Virus record (IMG/VR): IMGVR_UViG_3300044591_002232
Span: 1-64,000 of that record
Direction: 5' to 3' (one strand)
Length of the DNA: 64,000 nucleotides
This document shows, in pieces, positions 61,309-64,000 of the stretch. The notes below the pieces were generated by a model, which had not been told where the DNA came from, did no database searches, and worked only from the letters and a program-made list of their open reading frames with translations. The stretch's first letter is position 1. Every line of letters starts with the position of its first letter. The position numbers and the translations under genes are program-made.

Positions 61309-61836
61309 ATGGTTATCGATCTTTTACAGCACGTTGGCGAAACTATCACCGTTCAACTTGGTGATGATAGTTTCTTAACTGGACAAGTTTCCACAAGTGA
61401 AGCTCCTGAATTTCCATATGTAATTTGTGGTTACTGGTTTCAAAGGTATGGGACCGGAGTTAGTCGAGCAAATATTGTTCGGATTCTTTCATCAGAAAAA
61501 ACCTTCAACGGAATAGCCCAAAAAGCGCCCAACATCAATTTGGATGATTTTGTGGGCCAGAAGGTTTATGTAAAACTAGCCAGAGGTACTGAACATATCA
61601 CAAACGTCAGTCCTATTTACAATTTGTCCGAGATTGGACGATATGGAAAGAACGGAACATCCGCATCCGGTAATGAAAATTGGGATATTGTAGAAATCTA
61701 CGGCCAGGATGCCTATGAAATTAACACAAAATCTACCTTTGATAATCCCAATGACTATCAAATCGAGCAGGCCAAACAATTGCTCAATCAAATGAGCGAA
61801 GAACAAATCGCCAAACTTCTGAAATCGCTTAAATGA
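61309..61836 (+). CDS. Tandem-domain protein, paralogue of 53795..54364
   Basis: GIAQKAPNINLDDFVG vs GLAQKHPHIDLNKFIG. Confidence 0.7.
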   Translation: MVIDLLQHVGETITVQLGDDSFLTGQVSTSEAPEFPYVICGYWFQRYGTGVSRANIVRILSSEKTFNGIAQKAPNINLDDFVGQKVYVKLARGTEHITNVSPIYNLSEIGRYGKNGTSASGNENWDIVEIYGQDAYEINTKSTFDNPNDYQIEQAKQLLNQMSEEQIAKLLKSLK

Positions 61837-62080
61837 ATAATCAAATTGATCCCACTTCTGGTCTTGCAATTAATTGCCGCAATTGCATTCATTGTAGCAT
61901 AAGTTGCAATGGTGCGTATTTTGATAAATGTTTGAAGGCTGGTGGGTCTTATTGTGATCAAATACACAAATATTCGGTAATTTATCGAAATATTTGTGTG
62001 AACTACAGTTCATGGACCCCAAGAAAAAAGACTATTATGGAACTACTTGGAGACAAGATTCGTAAACTTCTTTCTTGAAC

Positions 62081-62431
62081 ATGAAACTCCTCGCAATCGG
62101 GCTCAACAAACAACCAGAATACAGCGAGGCTTATGAGGTCGGAGAATGGATGGAAGGTAAAAAATTGGCCGACTATTCTCTATTTGCATACAGCGAACGG
62201 GCCGGAATTATCCAACAAATAAACACCGACCCAAGAACACCGAAAGATTATAAAAATTGGCTCAAAATGCTAATCAGACCAATTATAGTAATTTGTGATA
62301 ATGACGTTGCCGGGGAACAATTAGCCGAATTCGGTGATTATGTAGAGGTCATTCCTGAAGGTAAAGATCTGGGGGAATCTTCTGATGATTATGTTCAGTT
62401 TCTTGTAAATAACTATTGTGCCGATTTTTGA
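62081..62431 (+). CDS. Chimera: LLVVD-family N-terminus fused to a duplicated Toprim C-terminus
   Basis: PKDYKNWL...CDND.AG...FGDYVEV.P.GKDLGE..DDYVQFLVNNYCA.F matches 60004..60540. Confidence 0.7.
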   Translation: MKLLAIGLNKQPEYSEAYEVGEWMEGKKLADYSLFAYSERAGIIQQINTDPRTPKDYKNWLKMLIRPIIVICDNDVAGEQLAEFGDYVEVIPEGKDLGESSDDYVQFLVNNYCADF

Positions 62432-63208
62432 ACTGACCACTCAGGCCGCCCTCGGGTGGCCTTTATGGCCTATACTACTTTCAGTTCAACCACAATTATG
62501 ACTCTCACCGGATTTGAATACGCTAGTTTGGTGTTCTTTATTTTTCTGGCTCAAGCAAATAAGAACACTCCATCTATTCCAATTATTACTTTTATGTTTG
62601 GCGGTTTGACTTTGTTTTTTATGATTGTTGGTAAGTAATTTATGATTACAAGAATTTTTTCTGTTGGACTAGGAATTTTTCTAATTATCCTAATCCTATT
62701 TTTCAGGGGACTGCCAGTTTTAGTTCTTCTAAAAATGTTTCCCCTGATTGCCCTATTTCTTCTCGCAATTGCTTTTATAATTGCGGGAATTGCCTCAGAT
62801 TCAAATTAATTTGTCCTTTACTCTCTTAAAAATTACTATGGAACCAACCGTTACAATCACAAAAAAAGAATATGAAAGCCTGCTTGAAGACTCTAAAATT
62901 CTCCAAGCACTTTATGCTGGAGGAGTAGATAATTGGGAGTGGTATGGCGAATCCCTGGCATCCCTTGAAGATTCCTGATTTTATTTTTTAACTATCCTTT
63001 ACTCTTTTTTAAAACGTTATGTCTACTGGTAAAATTGTTATTGGCGCCGTTGGTGTTCTTGGTGTTCTTCTAATCAATGGGGCGCCTATTCTCTCACTCT
63101 CTGACAAGGATTTTGTCACTACAAAGTGACCAATTCTCAAACTGACCACTCAGGCCGCCCTCGGGTGGCCTTTTTGTTTATAATGACTAAGTACATCTAA
63201 ACAATCCC

Positions 63209-63415
63209 ATGAAACTTCTTGTTGTTGATCTCAAAAATCCACAGAACTCAGAATACATGAACATACACAATTTTGAATCTTGGATGTCAGGAAAGGCTCT
63301 GAAAGACTACATGTTTGCGAAAGTAAGTGAAACCGGATATTCTCAACTGATTATATTGGATACATACACCCCAACACCATTGAAGCACCAGATTCTTAAC
63401 CAATTGCTTTTCTGA
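63209..63415 (+). CDS. Hypothetical protein (LLVVD family)
   Basis: Follows an operator cassette. Confidence 0.7.
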   Translation: MKLLVVDLKNPQNSEYMNIHNFESWMSGKALKDYMFAKVSETGYSQLIILDTYTPTPLKHQILNQLLF

Positions 63416-63419
63416 AACA

Positions 63420-63971
63420 ATGCCAAAAAAGAAATCTCCTAAAATTCAAATAGTTAAGGAACTTTCTTTTGATGATGTGATTCAGTCCGAAAAGATTTAT
63501 TCTTCTAGATTTTTTGGAACAGCCAAAAGAATTAAACTTCTTAAAAAACTTGGACATACTTGCGTTTCATGTGGACGATCTGCGTCCAGGCTACAAAAGT
63601 GTAAGGATTTAAAAGATAACAATAGAATTTTCTGGCGCATTCTCTCTGAAGATGATATGGAGATCACTATTGATCATATTAAACCCAAATCATTAGGTGG
63701 TAAGGACACATTGGAAAACTATCAGACAATGTGTTTAGAGTGTAATGTTAACAAAGGAAACACTCTTGGCCTAGTTCGTTTTACTGATTATAAAGGAAAT
63801 ATCTCTGGAAAAGAACTTTGGTTAAAGTGTAAAAAGTGGATATATAAGGGCATTATTGACCGAATTGATGTCAATCCTTATACGGGAAATCCTGAAATTT
63901 TTATCATCAGTGAACGTGGTTCATGCTACAAAATAAACAACAATGCCTTTATCAATCTTAAAAATGACTGA
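63420..63971 (+). CDS. HNH endonuclease
   Basis: CVSCG, TIDHIKPKSLGG, NYQTMCLECNVNKG. Confidence 0.88.
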   Translation: MPKKKSPKIQIVKELSFDDVIQSEKIYSSRFFGTAKRIKLLKKLGHTCVSCGRSASRLQKCKDLKDNNRIFWRILSEDDMEITIDHIKPKSLGGKDTLENYQTMCLECNVNKGNTLGLVRFTDYKGNISGKELWLKCKKWIYKGIIDRIDVNPYTGNPEIFIISERGSCYKINNNAFINLKND

Positions 63972-64000
63972 ATTTAACCACTATTTAAGGGATGTAGTAA

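Larger units (their letters stand above)
6279..63146 (+). promoter_or_regulatory. Dispersed 18-bp palindromic operator (consensus GACACTT-N4-AACTGTC) upstream of early promoters, 34 copies
   Basis: Copies start at 6279, 7589, 9489, 9922, 11153, 11853, 12198, 15503, 17538, 19403, 22985, 23305, 27648, 31095, 33235, 34854, 36949, 41741, 42793, 50322, 51256, 51858, 52640, 52888, 54569, 55448, 55844, 57189, 57532, 58174, 59142, 60529, 62420 and 63129. A TATAAT-like box lies 32-34 nt downstream where I measured it. Confidence 0.9.

Noticed and set aside
6279-63146. Operator repeats as a CRISPR array or integron attC/att sites
   Set aside because: Spacing is irregular and gene-sized, the repeats are degenerate 18-mers tied to -10 boxes, and no cas or integron integrase gene is in the window. 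A recombination role remains open (see findings).
1-64000. DGR reverse transcriptase, Avd or template repeat
   Set aside because: No RT motifs in any ORF, and I found the TCTACAGAG variable-region anchor in DGR context only in the two target genes; the machinery must lie outside the window if it exists.

Overview
This window comes from a large, AT-rich, T4-like (myovirus-type) phage genome, probably a freshwater cyanophage. The host is inferred from cyanophage-type tail-fibre motifs, T4-type late promoter boxes, a gp17-like ATPase and a cyanobacterial-type IS607. Bases 1-6.3 kb are a late or structural block: a collagen-like tail fibre, a GC-rich receptor-binding cassette with a 7-blade propeller, and a glycan-modifying gene pair. 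Most of the rest (6.3-64 kb) is a + strand early or accessory region of short genes, including an SF2 helicase, RNA ligase/Pnk/phosphoesterase, HNH nucleases, a DEDDh exonuclease, a small Toprim protein and tRNA-Leu(CAA). This region is punctuated by 34 copies of an 18-bp palindromic operator that, where measured, lies 32-34 nt upstream of a -10 box. Five items stand out. (1) A minus-strand, late-promoter operon at 44.8-47.6 kb encodes a hendecad coiled-coil protein, a collagen/Cys protein, a papain-like protease and two Tyr/Arg-rich small proteins; two of these share a 33-aa Q/N-rich motif, suggesting a self-assembling coat or fibre system. (2) Two remote DGR-like target genes differ by adenine-biased changes, with no RT or template repeat in the window. 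(3) An IS607 carries a Fanzor-like rearranged TnpB that overlaps tnpA in a second frame. (4) Two solo TnpB genes have T4 late promoters and start-sequestering hairpins, as phage homing endonucleases do. (5) There is an EF-Ts N-domain-like miniprotein and a stand-alone terminase ATPase paralogue. All assignments come from motifs read by eye; no database searches were run.
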